DNA from: Carcharhinus amblyrhynchos
Taxonomy: Eukaryota
Assembly (NCBI GenBank): GCA_965287045.1
Contig: OZ336877.1
Coordinates: 55,986,001-56,050,000, forward strand
Direction of reading: 5' to 3'
DNA: 64,000 nt
The first letter of the stretch is position 1. Each line of letters opens with the position of its first letter. Shown piece by piece: positions 12,491-26,720 of the stretch. The position numbers and the translations under genes are program-made. The notes under the pieces are model-generated. The model did no database searches and was not told where the DNA came from. It saw only the letters and a program-made list of their open reading frames with translations.

Positions 12491-13984
12491 TTTAATAGCA
12501 GTTTTTTAAAACTTATGCTAGGCCTTAGTATGGCAAAATGGCTGATGTAATGAATGTGCAACTGAATAGTTGGCATAATGAGAAAGAAATATGTGACTGT
12601 TATTATGGGGACAATTAATGTACAACATTCTGTACCTAGGGAATTGCTGATCAAGAGGTTTATTAATTTTATAAAGCAATTTAGATACAAAAGAATTTCA
12701 TATATGAAAATCTTGTTACCATTAAGCTTCAAGTCATTCCTAGATTGCTAATGATTGGTGGAGCCTTGTTACAATACATTTTCTTTTTGTAAATTAAGGA
12801 ATGTTCCTGGATAAAGCACTTCAAATACCTTTCTCCTGGGCTGTTTGAAAATGCTGTCCTGAATATAGTTTGGAGTATAACTTTTCAGGTGCGGATGAGG
12901 GGCTGGAAGTAGAGAATAATCTGTAGATTGTCCCTTTTCCTGTAATATTGCCTTGATCCCAAGAAGATGACCACTTTGTTGCAAATGTCACTGGGGCTGG
13001 GTGATAGTGGGTCTGTGCCTCCACTTCTGAATTAAACACAAGAGTAACAAGGTGAAGGTCTCTCTCATGATTATTATGTGATGTGAATTTAGATAGTTGC
13101 AACTCAGTTTATGACCCAAAGCACATAACCATCCGTAATTTGTATTAAAGTGACAGTGTAAGGGTGCCCACAGGAGTGGTTGGGAGTCGGGATAGTCAAG
13201 AGTAGAAACCGAGTAAAAGCAGCTTTATATTGTGCCTGACTGCTAAACCTGAGATTGATTGCTGAGTGTTCAAAGTGAAAAACTACAAGTGCAATCCTCC
13301 CTCACATTTGTGAGCACACAGATTCATCTAAAAACCAAAATAGACTTGTAAACGAGAAGTCCAGCGCTGTATTTTTAAATGGAAAGTCCAGGGATTATTT
13401 CTTAAACTTCAAGTTTGCTTGGTACAGATTATTTTAGATACTGTCAAAATTGCTGGAAAAATGTAATTTTTTTTGATTAGCATCTGCTGTTGAGTATTAC
13501 ATTAAATGTGATGGATCTTATGGAACAAAGATCACGTTTCTGATTATAATACAGGAGATATGGTGTTATTTTTAATGCATTGTCCAAGAATTGTAATTTC
13601 AGTTCTGAAAGAGCAACCTGGTTTACTGTAACTGCATTCACTGCAGAGCAAATGTGAAGTAAAACTGTCCATCCTACCTTGTGACTGAATTTGTTTACTT
13701 CTTACAGCACATCTGATCATTTACTATTTCTTAAAATCCTTCAGTAATATTATGTAGCCATAGAAAAAGTAAATGGTAAAGATATATTGTATATTTTGAT
13801 CTGAGCATTATAATGACCTGTTTAAATTCTTATCACACTGCATTTGCTATGCTCTGCTGGCTGTGGAGTGTTGACAAGTGAATATATGGAGTTAGATCTG
13901 AGTGAGGAAGTTGGAGCCAAAGGTAATGGGGAGAAGAAGAGGATTTGACAATAGTTGGCTTTCATTGTAAATATCATGGTGATA

Positions 13985-15490
13985 AGTCAGTGACACGTGT
14001 GGCTGATCCATCTTGGCCTTCTCCTGCGGTCCCCATCAACACAATTGGCAGTGTTCAGCCATTTTTTATTTACTCTACGTCGTATCAAAAAATGGCTGAA
14101 TGCATTGGATACAGTGGTGAACCCTAACAATATATAGTTATAATACTGAAGACTTGTGCTCCAGAATCACCTGTGACTCTAGCAAGCTGTTCCAGTACAG
14201 CTGTAACACTGGCATCTATCTCGTGAGGAACATTGCCCAGGTAAGTCCTGTGCACAAGTAGGGCAAATCTAATCCAGCCATTAACTGCCCCATTAGTGTA
14301 GTCCCCATCACTAGCAAAGTGATGCATGATGTTAACAATGCTCTGAAGTACTTGCACAACAATAATCTAGTCTGCAATGCTCAGTTTGGGTTCTGCCAGG
14401 GCAGCAACAACTGGCTTCATTACAGCCATGATTCTAAATTGACAAAATGCTAAGCTCTAGAGATGAGATTCACAGTGACAACCTTTGACATTAAAGCAGC
14501 ACTTGACCAAGTGACAAGAAGTTAATAAAATGCAGTGGCTACATGAATGGTACTTTGCGCTAACAGGATGTTGCCATCCAAAAAGATGCTGTGCTGACCA
14601 CACAATTGAGCAATGTTGTGGATGAATTGAGCTGGCGTGATGCCTGGTATGTAGGCTGCAAGTGCCGGTGATTGATCAAAGCAAAGGGCAAATTCCTTCA
14701 GTTCATAATAAGGCAAACCACAATTAATCTATTGGCTATCTACTATTAAATGTGATTCTGTGATTACACAGCAAGTTTTGCCGAATCTTGAATATGTGAA
14801 TAGATACAATAACAGCCAATGTACAATTAGTTAGGCTCATAATGTGGCTTATTTGCACTTGTTGAAGTAGCATACATCCATAAACGGACCGTTTGGTACA
14901 AACAAGGAATATGTTTTAAAAGCCTTGTGCGATTTTGAATTATTCAGGAGGTGGGGGAGCTGATAGTTCCCAACTGCTTTCTCCATGCAGCTCTTCAGCG
15001 AATCAGAATCAACTTGTCAACCAATCAGCACACACTCTTCTGTAATATGAATTGTGATCATGTGAAATTTGGCATGCTTGTATTTGTGACCCAATAAGTG
15101 AGAAATGAAAAGCTTCAGCAACATATTCTCTTTTCAGCAATATTCAAAGTTGATGGCAATCAGGGAGGGGGAATTCTCCATTGTTGGAATCGTACCTAGC
15201 TCAAAGAAAGATGGTTGTGGTGTCCTCGGGTCAGCCATCTTTAGCTGCTCCATCAATGATTTTTCCCTCTATTGTAAAGTCAGAAGTGGGGATTTTTGTT
15301 GATGTTTGGTACTATTTGCACCACCTCAGATATTGAAACAGGCCATGTCTGCAGCCAGCAAGATCTGGGCAGTACTCCAGTGTGGGCTGGTAAAGTGGTG
15401 AGTACCATTCGTGCCACAAGTACTGGGCAATGAGAGAGAATCAAACCATCTCCCTTTGACATTAAACAGCATTACCTTTGCTGAATCTCT
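13985..15490 (+). mobile_element. Fragments of an old CR1/L2-group LINE (RT region) interrupted by other repeats
   Basis: 13985-14550 (ccagtacagctgtaacactggcatctat; tttgacattaaagcagcacttgac) and 15150-15490 resemble the LINE family at 38915-40625; direct overlap is clearest for the second part. Confidence 0.65.
14960..15145 (+). mobile_element. Degraded short repeat, possibly Penelope-like
   Basis: tctccatg...ccaatcagcac...tttggcatgcttgtatttgtgac...gaaaagcttc pattern, recognised from memory only. Confidence 0.35.
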
Positions 15491-15804
15491 CATTGTCTTC
15501 ATTGGTTCTTTTATCAATGCTGTCCATTTGGCTCAATTAATCCAAGTCAGTGTTTATAGTCCACTCAAGTCTCCTCTTCCCATCTTTATATATATCATTG
15601 TACCCCTCATATGGTTGTATAGGTTCTCCTTTAAAGCAGTTAAACTACTTGCTTCAATCACTCCCTACAGTAATAAGTTCCACATTCTCGCCATTCTGGG
15701 TGAAGGACGTTTTGGAATTTCTTGGTGACTACCTTAGATTGGTGACATTTGGTTATGCTCTTCCCAACAAAAGGAAACTTTTCAGTATTTTAAAGACCAC
15801 CATT

Positions 15805-16070
15805 AAAGTTTGAAGTTTATTAGTGTCAAGTAGGCTTACACTAACACTGCAATGGAGTTACTGTGAAAATCCTCTACTTGCCACACTCCAGTGCTTGTTT
15901 GGGTACACTGAGGGAGAATTTAGCATGGCCAACGCACCAAGCTAGCAGGATTTTTGGACAGTGAAACTCGAACACCTGGAGAAAACCCCCACAAACATGG
16001 GGAGAATGTGCAGACCCTGCACAGACAGCAACCCAAGGCCAGGAATCGATCCTGGGTCACAGCACTAGGG
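15805..16070 (-). mobile_element. V-SINE with a non-HE1 3' tail
   Basis: Reverse V-domain ggagaaaacccccacaaacatggggagaatgtgcaga; tail revcomp ...cagtaactccattgcagtgttagtgtaagcctacttgacactaataaactt. Confidence 0.75.
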
Positions 16071-17027
16071 GCCTGGGAAAGGTCACCCTTAGCGTTCTTT
16101 CAAGATAAAAAGAGACATGTTAATCCTTTCTTAGATATATATATTTTCTGTTATCTTTTGGAAATGTTTGTGCTCTATTGCCTCTCCATTTTATAATATA
16201 GTGACAGTATTTCAAGTGGTCTTACCAGGTTCAATGCAAGTTTAATATAATTTCCCTACTTTGAATTCTACACCCCTAGAAATAAAGCCTAGAGCTTGAT
16301 TTGCACAACTATTTGGTGCATCTATACTGCAAGATCCTACTGTTCCTCAACCAAACCTAAACTCGTACCTTCCCAATAATAAGTGACCCATTTTCTACTA
16401 AATTATCCTATCTCACAATTAGAGTGTTAACCTGAGATAAAGTGTCAACCGAGACACGCAGAAACATTAGCATCCTCAACACAGCCATAAAGAAGAGTTT
16501 TATGATTGTAGGATTGGCTCAAAAAGCTTGGTCACCATATTAACACACTTTGTTCAGCCTCTCTGGTCTAGCCAGAATGGTGGTTGCTTAAGTGACAACT
16601 CGTCAGGATTTTTAAATTAGCACTGATTTGAAAATTATCAAAAGTACCACAAGGTGGCAGTAATAAATATTGCATAAACAAAATTCAAGTTAATGATTTG
16701 ACCAGTAATTAACGTGAGCCCAAAGAATGCCAAATCAAACCAGAAAATGTAAATATTTCCAATTAAATCTACACTTGATTCTGCCACGTACATTTTTGAG
16801 TTGAATTCCAGTTTAATTTTAGTTTCCATTTGATTACACACCGAAAGCAAATATTTTTGTGTTTGTTTGCATGTAATCTTTGTCATTCTTCCAAAATCCA
16901 ACCATTGGTTTGAACAAATTCATTGCTGTAGTTAATTTCTTACAGTTCCCTGCTTGATTAATGTCTTGGAATGTTACTCGACCAGATATACAAGTGGCTA
17001 GACTTAACCCTAAACAGTATCAAATAC

Positions 17028-17365
17028 CTGCAGTGCAGAAGACCATTCCGCCCATCAAGCCTGCACCGATGACAATCCCAACCAGGCCATATCCCTGTAA
17101 CCCTAGGTATTTACCCTGCTAATCCCCCTGACACTAAAGGGCAATTTAATTTAGCACTCTCCATCAAAGCATCCCACCCAGGCCCTATTCTCACAGCCCT
17201 ACGTATTTAGCCCACTAATCCCCCTAACCTACATATTATGGAACAGAAGGGGGCAATTTAGCATAACCAATCCACCTTACCTGCACATCTTTGGACTGAG
17301 AGAGGAAACCGGAGCACCCGGAGGAAACCCATGCAAACAAGGGGAGAATATGCAAACTTCTCACG
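17028..17365 (-). mobile_element. HE1-type V-SINE(s): two adjacent or nested 3' halves
   Basis: gaggaaaccggagcacccggaggaaacccatgc; the segment cccac(c)caggcc.tat...ctaatcccc...gggcaattta occurs twice. Confidence 0.85.
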
Positions 17366-17577
17366 CAAATCAAGTACATCAAAATTATTGTAGGTGAATT
17401 TTCACTGATCAGAATTGGTGGAAATGAAATTAAGCTGCTAGTAAATTGCTACTCTTGCTAGTAAATTAGAAGGAAAACACAAATTTACAGTCTGATTTTG
17501 AAACACGAATCTCATGTCACTTATTCTTATCAAGCGACTATTCCGTTCAATAAACATTCCTTCTTTTGGAGTCTATA

Positions 17578-19570
17578 TAATTTGATTTATTATTGCCAAA
17601 TATATTGATATACAATGAAAAGTATTGATTCTTGCACACTATACAGACAAAGCATACTGTACGTAGAGAAGGAAAGGAGACGATGTAGAATGTAGTGTTA
17701 CAGTCATAGCTAGGATGTAGAGAAAGATCAACTTAATGTGAGGTAGGTCTAATCAAAAGTCTGATGGCAGCACGGAAGAAGCTGTTCTTAAGTCAGTTGA
17801 TACATGTCCTCAGACTTTAGTATTTTTTCCCAACAAAAGAAAGTGGAAGAAAGTATGCCCAGGGTGCATGGGATCCTTAATTATGCTGGCTGCCTTTCTG
17901 AAGCAACAGGCGATACAAACAGTGTCAATGGATGAGAGGCTGGTTTGAGTGATGGAGTGAGCATTATTCACAACTCTTTGTAGTTTCTTGCGATCTTGGG
18001 CAGAGCAGGATTCGTACCAAGATGTGATACAACCAGAAAGAATACTTTCTATGGTGTATCTATAAAAGTTGGTGAGAGTCATAGCCAAATTTCCTTAGTC
18101 GTCTGAGAAAGTAGAGGCATTGGTAGGCTTTCTCAATTATAGTGTCCGCATGGAGGGACCAGGACAGGTTGTTGGTGATCTGGACACCTAGAAATTTGAA
18201 GCTCAGGACCAGTTCTACCTCGTCCCCATTGATGTAGACAGGGACAGGTCCTCCACCACGCTGCCTGACATCAATGACTATCTCCTTCATTTTGTTGACG
18301 TTGTGGTAGAAATTATTGTCGTGCCAGTTCACCTGATTCTCTATCTCTTTCCTGTACACACTCTCATTGTTTGAGATCTGACTCACTACAGTGGTGTCAT
18401 CAACAAACTTGAAAATTGAGTTGGAAGAGAATTTGGCCAGTCATCGGTGTATAGAGTATAGCTAAGAACACAAGCTTTAGGCACCAGCGTGAGGATGATC
18501 GTGAGGTAGATGCTGTTGCTTATTCTTATTGGTTGCTGTCTGTGGGTTAGGAAGTTCAGGATCCAGTCAGAAACGGACAAGCTGAGCCCCAGGCCATGGA
18601 GTTCAGAGATTCATAGGTATAATGTTGCTGAAGGCTGAGTTGTGGTCAATAAATAGAAGTCTCATATAGACATCTTTGCTTTCTAGGTATTCCAGGATTG
18701 AGTGTAGGACCAGGGAGATGGCGTCTGCTGTGGACCTGTTGCGGCAGTAAGTGAAGTGTAGTGGATCGAGGCAATCTAGGAGGCCAGAATTGATTTGCCA
18801 TGACTAAGCTTTTGAAACACTTCATAATGATGGATGTCAGAGCCACCAGACAGTAGTCATTAAGGCAAGCCGCCTGACTTTTTTTTGTACCTGAATGATC
18901 GTTGTTGTCTTGAAACAGATAGGGATCTCAGAGTGGAATAAAGTTAAAAATGTCTATGAATACCCCTGCCAGCTGGTCCATGCAGGATCTGAGTGCTTAT
19001 CCGGGTACCTGATCCAGGCCAGTTTCCTTGCATTGATTTTAGAGAAGGCTGCTCTGACGTCCACAATGGCAATGGATACAGGCTCATTGAAGGCTTCCAG
19101 GTTGGAGGGTGTGCTTTGCTGGCCTCTTGCTCAAAATGGGCGTAGAATGCATTGATGCTGGTAATTTTATATTCCTTCATCTTGTAGCCTGTAATATCTT
19201 GCAGACCTTGCCATAGTCGGCGGCAGTTTGTGTGGCTAACCTGGGATTTTAATTTCGTCCAGTACTGTCTTTTGGCATCTTTGATGGATCGCCATAGATC
19301 ATATCTCGCTTTCTTATGTAGGTCAGAGTTGCCTGACTTGAACACCTCAGATGTGGACTTCAGCAAGCAGTGAATATCCTTGTTCATCCAAGGTTTCCGG
19401 TTGGGAACCACATGGATTTGCTTCTTTGGCACACAGATGTCTACACACTTACTAATGGTACTTGTTCAGGCTGGTTGCAGAGTTTTTAAATGCTGACCAG
19501 TCTACTTACTCTAAGCAGTCCCATAGGAGATCATCCAATTCCTCAGACCAACGTTGCACAACTTTCTTTA
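17578..19570 (-). mobile_element. Rex1/Babar LINE, 5'-truncated and degraded
   Basis: Minus ORFs NRKPWMNKDI...KKARYDL...IKDAKRQY, ALTSIIMKCF, FKFLGVQITNNLSWS, FYRYTIESILSGCITSWY; tail aataaatcaaa. Confidence 0.92.
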
Positions 19571-19629
19571 ATGAATAACTCTGTAGCTGTGTTAACCAGG
19601 ATCTAATCATGCATTATTACACATCCAAA

Positions 19630-20135
19630 TACAGTGGTAAAAAAGGGTATCCAACAGCGGTGTCTCTCCCAGGCTAACTTGCCCAGCATTGAGGTACTGA
19701 CCACTCAAAACTATAGCAACTGGGCAGAAGGTGTCACTTGTATTCCTGATATCAGGCTCCCATTGCTCTTCCCTGAGTTCGATCACAGCAGGAGACTCCT
19801 AGGAGCCTAGCAGAAATCTTTTAGGGATGTCCTCCAAGCATCCCTGAAGAGGTCAAACTGACTGCTGACTCATAGGAGACCCTGTCTTGTGACTTAGAGA
19901 AGGTTCATTCAGGACAAGGCTGACACATGGAGAGACCTTGTTGGGAATGTGCAGTTGAAGCTATCAGAGGGAGCGCACAAACCTCAAACAGTCCAACTAA
20001 ACTATTCATACATCACCTGCATACATGAGGCAGGGGCTACAGGTTGTATACTGGATTTATCAGGCTTCCAGAACCCACTGAATCAGTGGAAACAAGTCAT
20101 CTCAATCCTGATGGATTATACAAGGAAGAAGATTA
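19630..20135 (+). mobile_element. RTE (BovB-like) LINE 3' fragment
   Basis: Degenerate translation SQANLPSIEVLTT...WA...IPDIRLP...DVLQASLKR matches RTE C-terminal motifs. Confidence 0.7.
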
Positions 20136-21194
20136 CAGAATTATTAACCTACTAACAATTAACCCACCCCATGACGGCTGCTTCTTTCAAGTAAACCAGT
20201 TAAATTATGCCTCTCCTACCCACACAACCGGCAGTCAGTGGCATACTCGCACCGCATCATTAAGCAGCTGTATGTTATTTCAGTTGTTCAGCCAGCTTTT
20301 TATATTGCTGCATATGCTCAGGGCAAAGCAACAGCAAGGCACAGGCTAAGCTTTAATATTCAAAGGTGGCAATTTCTTGTTTTGGTGTGACAGCTCTGGA
20401 GGTGTTAACATAAAGAAAATGGGAAAGGACTATTACCTTTACACACAATTTTCTCAAAAGAAGCACATAGCAGAAAGCGCTAACTTTGTTCACACAAGGC
20501 CATGGATATAGATTAGAAAGAAAATGGTGAATCTGAAGAAAGTTCTGTATGTCAGATGCAACATCAAGAATACATTGATAACCTGCAATTTGTTTTGTAC
20601 TACTTTATCCTAAACATTTGTACTAACTTATCATGTGACCCTGACAGGAGATGAATAAGCTATTGAATGCTTTCTCTGCATGGCACAAATAAAATCAGCA
20701 ATCTCGAATCAGAAATGTTGCTACAATGATTGATTTGAAGCAAGAAATCTTTGTTAAAGTATCTAGCTGCGTGATGTGTGTCTATGTATTGACAGGAAAG
20801 GTAGCACCCAGAGTCGCATGTGCATTTCACTGAATGCACTCCCAAAACTTGCAAAGTCTAAAACAATTATTTACAGGACAAGATGTCATAAAATTACAGG
20901 GAACAGACCAGAACAGGAGATCACAGACACCATTAATCCTTGAGTTTGCTTAAGAAGGCTACCCTGGAAATGATCAGACATAAGAATATCAAAAGATTAG
21001 GGAGAGGGAGGGTAAAATAAAGGCCTAGCAAAGCTCAGAGCCAGTAACGTCCTGCTCTTGACTCCTACTTGCTGTCACTGGCAAAAAAAATCATCCATGA
21101 AAATATTACACACAGTAAGTATACTGCAACTAAAACATTGTTTGAAGGCACTTCCTACAGCCTGAAGTCTGACCAATTTCTGTTTTACAGGTTT

Positions 21195-21460
21195 TAAAAA
21201 AATGATTTGTATACATCTTTCATAAGTTGAAGACATCTCAAAGTACTTTTAGCTGATGGTGTACTTTTGAAATGTAGTCATTGCTGCCATGAAAGAAAAG
21301 TGATGGCAAGTTGTGCACAGCAAGGTGCCACAGCAGCATTGAGATAAAAAATCAAATGATTTGTTTTAGTAATGTTAGTGGAGGGCTAGGAAACGGCTAG
21401 AACACCGTACAACTTTAATATCCATTGCAGACAGGGCTCAGTTTAACATCTCCCAATAGA
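21195..21460 (-). mobile_element. SacSINE1/DeuSINE-like 3' fragment
   Basis: gtacttttgaaatgtagtcattgctg...tgtgcacagcaaggtgccaca is the reverse of the DeuSINE 3' region. Confidence 0.6.
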
Positions 21461-21786
21461 AATTGTTCGGTTCCCTTTTCAAGCCCTGGAACTCTGCTCA
21501 TGTTTGGTTTCCTCTGGACTTCCTGCCATCAGGGAATGCACTATTCTGCTGAATTATACTGTTTGACTTAGTTGCTGTGACTATTAAGTTATTTGATCAC
21601 TTCAGGCCTAATAGAGCCTATTATAATGCCAACACCCTTCAACTCAGCTACCGTTGTTACTTGCATTCAGCATTGTATTTCAAATGCAAACCTGTCCTCT
21701 TAACTTTACTCGGCTTCTCTGACTCTGAGCAGAAATTCATCTTCTCGTAGGATGAAGTCCATTTCTTTGCTGACACCTGAGCTTCA

Positions 21787-22150
21787 AACAAAGAAAGGCA
21801 CAGCACGGGAACAGGCCTTTTGGCCCTCCAAGCCTGTGCCGATCATGATATCCTAATTAAACTAGAAACAAAGTTCCGTATCCGTCTATTCCCTCCCTAT
21901 TCATGTACACTTCGCACCTACCCTGAGCTATCCAGATGTTCTAGGAGATAATCTGATCCTCCTTGACTGCCATAAGACCAGTGACTTTATTTTTTAGTTT
22001 GAAAATTCACTGTCACTGGGTTGCATGATACAATAATCCCACATGGAATACAGGATCATTTGCTGCTTAGATGTTTCTAATGTGCCTGCTTTCACCATCT
22101 CCTCCGGCAGCATGTTCCAGGCACCCACCACTCTATATGTAAAACTTCCC
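21787..22150 (-). mobile_element. CR1 3'-end fragments (different subfamily)
   Basis: cagcacgggaacaggccttttggccctccaagcctgtgccgatcatg and gcttcaccatctcctccggcagcatgttccaggcacccaccactct. Confidence 0.7.
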
Positions 22151-24445
22151 CCTCATTACGGTGTCTATCTTTGCTGCTTTCTACTGAGACTGGACACTAA
22201 AGCCTCCTGTCTGCACCTTCCATCACTGCCCCAAACCATCATGACAATGTTGTGGCCCTTATTGAAAATTTCATTGTGCATTTAGTGCACTTAAGACCAC
22301 CATACAAATATTTACCAGCAGAGGGAGTCTGGAAGAGGGAATAATGAAATCTATGTTTTAATAATGTATAATTCTGATTCTGAATGCTTCGCATTGAACA
22401 TTACTGCTTCTTCACAAGGACTTCACAATTACTAAATCAGATAATGTGCTTTCCCTAATCATCTGGTATCTGCTCCTTCAAGCATCTTCATTCTTTTTAA
22501 TCTTCTCAGTTTTCCTTCAAAATCTTCATTGTCTATCATTCCGGCAAAGCCAATCCAGATTTTCTTCCCGAGATACTGTTCTTTCTTTCTTCTCTTAACC
22601 TCTGCACTGAGAAACTCGTATTACTTCGTGATTTTAATCTTCTTCTCAATTTATATGGTCTTCTGTCCTGATTTCATTGCCCTCCCTAGACTTTTTTCCT
22701 CCAACTCCTGGACATTACAATCTAACTCAGTTTCACAAAGAGCTCATCACCCCCACCCTTTTTGTTTGTACAACCCTTGTTAATCCTATTTCTATTTATC
22801 CAGAGCGAATGAAACTCTAAATCAAGTAACTTAAAATAAAACTTTCAAAATTCCTTTGAACCTTCCCTTCAGCACAATACTTCTGTAAGTATTGATTGTC
22901 TCAATCAGTCCTCTCCTCCAACTCTGATGCTATACCCCAATGAGATTTTACTCTCTCCCATCACAGATGTTTCTTTGGAATGGTTCTTTGTTGCCCCTTC
23001 AACTCCAAAGAGCACCAATCTGGTTGCCAGGGCTGAACCGCACCAAGCATTATTAGTCTTTACTGCGAAAAGCAATGGATAACTTCAGGATAATTCACTA
23101 ACTCTTACCATTCATTTACCTCTGCCACACTGCCCCTTCCCTTTGAAATGAGTATGTAGTCAGGTGATAGATCTGATTGATTCCACATTTCAGGTCACTG
23201 CTGCAATATTATAATTCCCTTAAATTACAGTTGATCAAAATTGGTCAAATTTATCATTTAAAGATCGAGCATTATAGAGAATAAATGTGGGCAATCTTAC
23301 AGAAGGTCTTGTTGTAGATGCAAATCTTATATGTTGTCAGGGAGTCTGAGCATGTCTGTGGCCAATAACAGCAGAAATACACCATTGGATATGGTGTCTG
23401 CTTTTATTCCTCTATGTTGTTGTGTGTCATTGGGCAGGTACTCCTAGTTGTAGGCAGTCCCATGAGTCCCTTAAATGTCTTCCCTGTTTTATCAAAGGTA
23501 ATGTGCTCGTCACTGCTCTTACTGTCTTTCACTGTTCCCTTGTACTCCATTCCCTTTTTCATTTAGTTATAAAGATGCACTAGACCATGAGTACTGTATC
23601 CTACTCTTCCCCCACTGGTCACTTTTCCCTCACTCTCACTAGCTCACTCCAGCAGGCCTTTTGCTCCCACCTGCTGGAGAAACAACATGAATTAAATCAG
23701 GAATTTTAAAGTGGGTGCAGGAACAAAGATCCTTTCTTTGTTACGTAGGTCGTGTTAGGCAAAGAGTTAAATTAACCACCTCCCTGGACTTGGGCAATTA
23801 ATACCAGGGTGGATTATCTTTTTCAGCTGGCCCTCGATTTGTGGCTAATGTCTACTCAGGGCCACAAGTTTCTGCGATAGGTCTTTGTGTGACTGAACAG
23901 CTGATTGTTGACCAAGAAATATCCTAAAGAGGTCATCTCTCATCTGCTTGTTCCACAGATTTCCCCATTTGGAATGATTCTCTATACTATTGTATCCTTC
24001 ACTGCCATGCTTAGTACCACAGTAAGTTGTTGATACAACTTTGTGATTTTCAATGTATTGGACTGGACAACTTGACCTATAGATGTGATACATTGAGTAC
24101 TGTGGATTCATGCTAATCTATGCTATAATGCCATATACATCTGGTATTTCTCAGGGCATTCTAACGTTGTCATCAACATCTGGGTAGAAAGGGAGAATTT
24201 CTGTCTCTTTACAACTTTGTGATCTGCCAGAGGATATATTTTTACTTGGAAATTGCTGTTTTAATGCAAGTTAGTGTTGTTGCCTTTTCTCCATAGCCTA
24301 TAGATATTTTTCAGCAAAAATGTTTTCTATGCCTCTGCCAGAGTCTTGTTCTTAGCTTGGGTAGAGGGGAGGTCGACTCTTCATCTGTCTATTCCATTGT
24401 TCAGCCTCCCTGGATGCCAGTATTATTAATGTATGTGGACATGTG

Positions 24446-24537
24446 TCAAAATTGGGAGAGCTGTCTCACAAACTGGTCAAGAAAGAGCCTGACATAATCA
24501 TAGTCATGGAATCATATCTTGCAGATCATGATCATTG
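24446..24537 (+). mobile_element. Endonuclease (APE) N-terminal fragment of an old LINE
   Basis: SKLGELSHKLVKKEPDIIIVMESYL resembles the APE motif PDII.ltEtwL. Confidence 0.65.
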
Positions 24538-25172
24538 CATAGCGAGGGGGATTGAATATAAAAGTAGGGAGGTCTTGCTGCGGCTGTATAGGGCATTGGT
24601 GAGGCCGCAGCTGAAGTACTGTGTGCAGTTTTGGGCGCCGTACTTACGCAAGGATATTTTGGCCTTGAAGGGAGTGCAGGGGAGGTTTACTAGGCTGATA
24701 CTGGAGTTGAGGGGGTTGAGCTATGAGGAGAGGCTGAATAAATTAGGCTTGTACTCGTTAGAGTTTAGAAGAATGAGGGGAGATCTCATTGAGACGTATA
24801 AGATGATGAATGGGATGGATAGGATAGAGGTGGAGAGTCTCTTCCCACTCAGAAAGGATAGTAGGACTAGGGGGCACAGCCTCAAGATAAAGGGGGGGGC
24901 GGTTTAGAACGGAGTTGAGGAGGAACTTCTTCACTCAAAGGGTGGTGAATCTCTGGAATTCTCTGCCTGTTGAAGTGGTGGAGGCTACCTCGCTAAATAT
25001 TTTTAAGATGCGGGTTGATGGGTTTTTGATAAGAGAGGGGATTAAGGGTTATGGGGAGAGGGCGGGAATGTGGAACTGAGCCACGACAGATCAGCCATGA
25101 TCTTATTGAATGGCGGGGCAGGCTCGAAGGGCTAGATGGCCTACTCCTGCTCCTATTTCTTATGTTCTTATG
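24538..25172 (+). mobile_element. Young CR1 LINE, 5'-truncated copy
   Basis: Near-identical to 6670-7305; same TTCTTATG tail. Confidence 0.97.
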
Positions 25173-25559
25173 TCTTTTATCTTCATGACTCCTTTCATTT
25201 CTGTGGCTTAAACTATTCATTCCTCCCAAGTTCCTACTCCAACCAATCTGTACTACTTTATCTTCCTCCTCCCCTGCTATCTTTCCAGGTTTGACTCCCT
25301 TTTAGGTAAGTATATAGTTTCCCTCTGTGCTTCTATTAGCATCCTTCAAATGGCCTTTCTAAGTACTCATTGTTGCCTGCTCATGTACAGTAATCCCAAT
25401 TGGGGAGGTAATCTTTCCAGTATCCTCACCACCTGCTTACTCCTCCCAATCTTAACCCTCTGGCCTCTGCCAGCAATCAGCTCTCACCACCCTTCACCTC
25501 ACCTCCCTCCTAAACTTCTGTTCACTTAAGACCTTACAATCTATAAGCTCATTGTGAAT

Positions 25560-26720
25560 GATAGCATCAACATCAAGGCCTTAATGGAAGCTTCTCAGAG
25601 GGACAAGCTATAGCCTCCCTGCCAAATTATACCTTCTATCCTCAGCCCACCTAGACTATGGTTGTGGGGCACTTATCACACCGTACTTTACTCCTCTGAC
25701 ATTTTCTCCTCTTTTGAGCACCTTGTTCCACACCCCATACTTCTTATTCAAAATTCTCATTCTCTATCATCCTCCCAAGGATCGTTTAAAAAAACGTCAG
25801 AGATATCTTCATTGCTTCTTCCCTCAGTACAAAGGCTGAGTGACCTCTCATCCTTGGTGATTTCAACGTCCATTTCAACTCATGATATTCTCACTACTGA
25901 TTTAATACTCTTGTATCCTCTCTAAATCCAAACTGTATTCACAGACAACCCTTGACCTTGCCACCTCACATACCCTGTTATACATAAGGACATCTCTGCA
26001 TCACTCACACCCCACATTCCCCTTTCAAGGCTACACTGCTCAAATCCTGAAACAAAGTTCTTGACCAATTCAAGGATACTATCTAAAAGATACCATCATC
26101 AGTCATTCTTTGGCAGATCTAGCTGGACCTCATAAAGCACCAAGAGGTCCTGTTGTCGTCTGCCAAAACTATCATCCTATGCATACATAGTTCCTGGCTT
26201 CTTTTCTCTACTGAAAACCATCTTCTTAAACCCCAGTACCCTATCACCTTCACCCTCATCTCCACCTCTGCAAAGAGCTCATGAAGATCATTCAATTAGT
26301 TGCCTCTGCCAATTAACTTCCTTCCTCTTGCCTACCGTGCTTGACTTATTTGCAGTGTCCTCCTTGCCTTAGCTCTTGGCATGTATCTTCCTCTTTGTCT
26401 CCCTCATCTACCCCAAATGCCCTGAGTTCACCTCATCTATGAGACCCATCTCCTGCCCCTTGATCCTATTACCACGAAATTACTGATCTCCCAGCTTTCC
26501 TGGCTCCCATGTTAGCTAATATTGTTAATTGTTCTCTTCTCAGTTACTGTCCTGTTTTCTTTCAAACCCGTCACCATCATCAGCTCACCATAAAAAAAAC
26601 CTTGATCCCTCCTTGCAAAATAATGCCCCAAATCTAACTGCTCTTTCCTCCCCAAATGATTAACTACTCATGCCTTCCAAATTGTGCTTAATTTGCCCTG
26701 AATTCCATGTTTGAATCCCT
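25560..26720 (+). mobile_element. L2 LINE fragments, degraded
   Basis: Pyrimidine-rich; translation CPLDPITTKLL...APMLANIVNCSL...KKTLDPS is typical of the L2 RT N-terminus. Confidence 0.65.
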
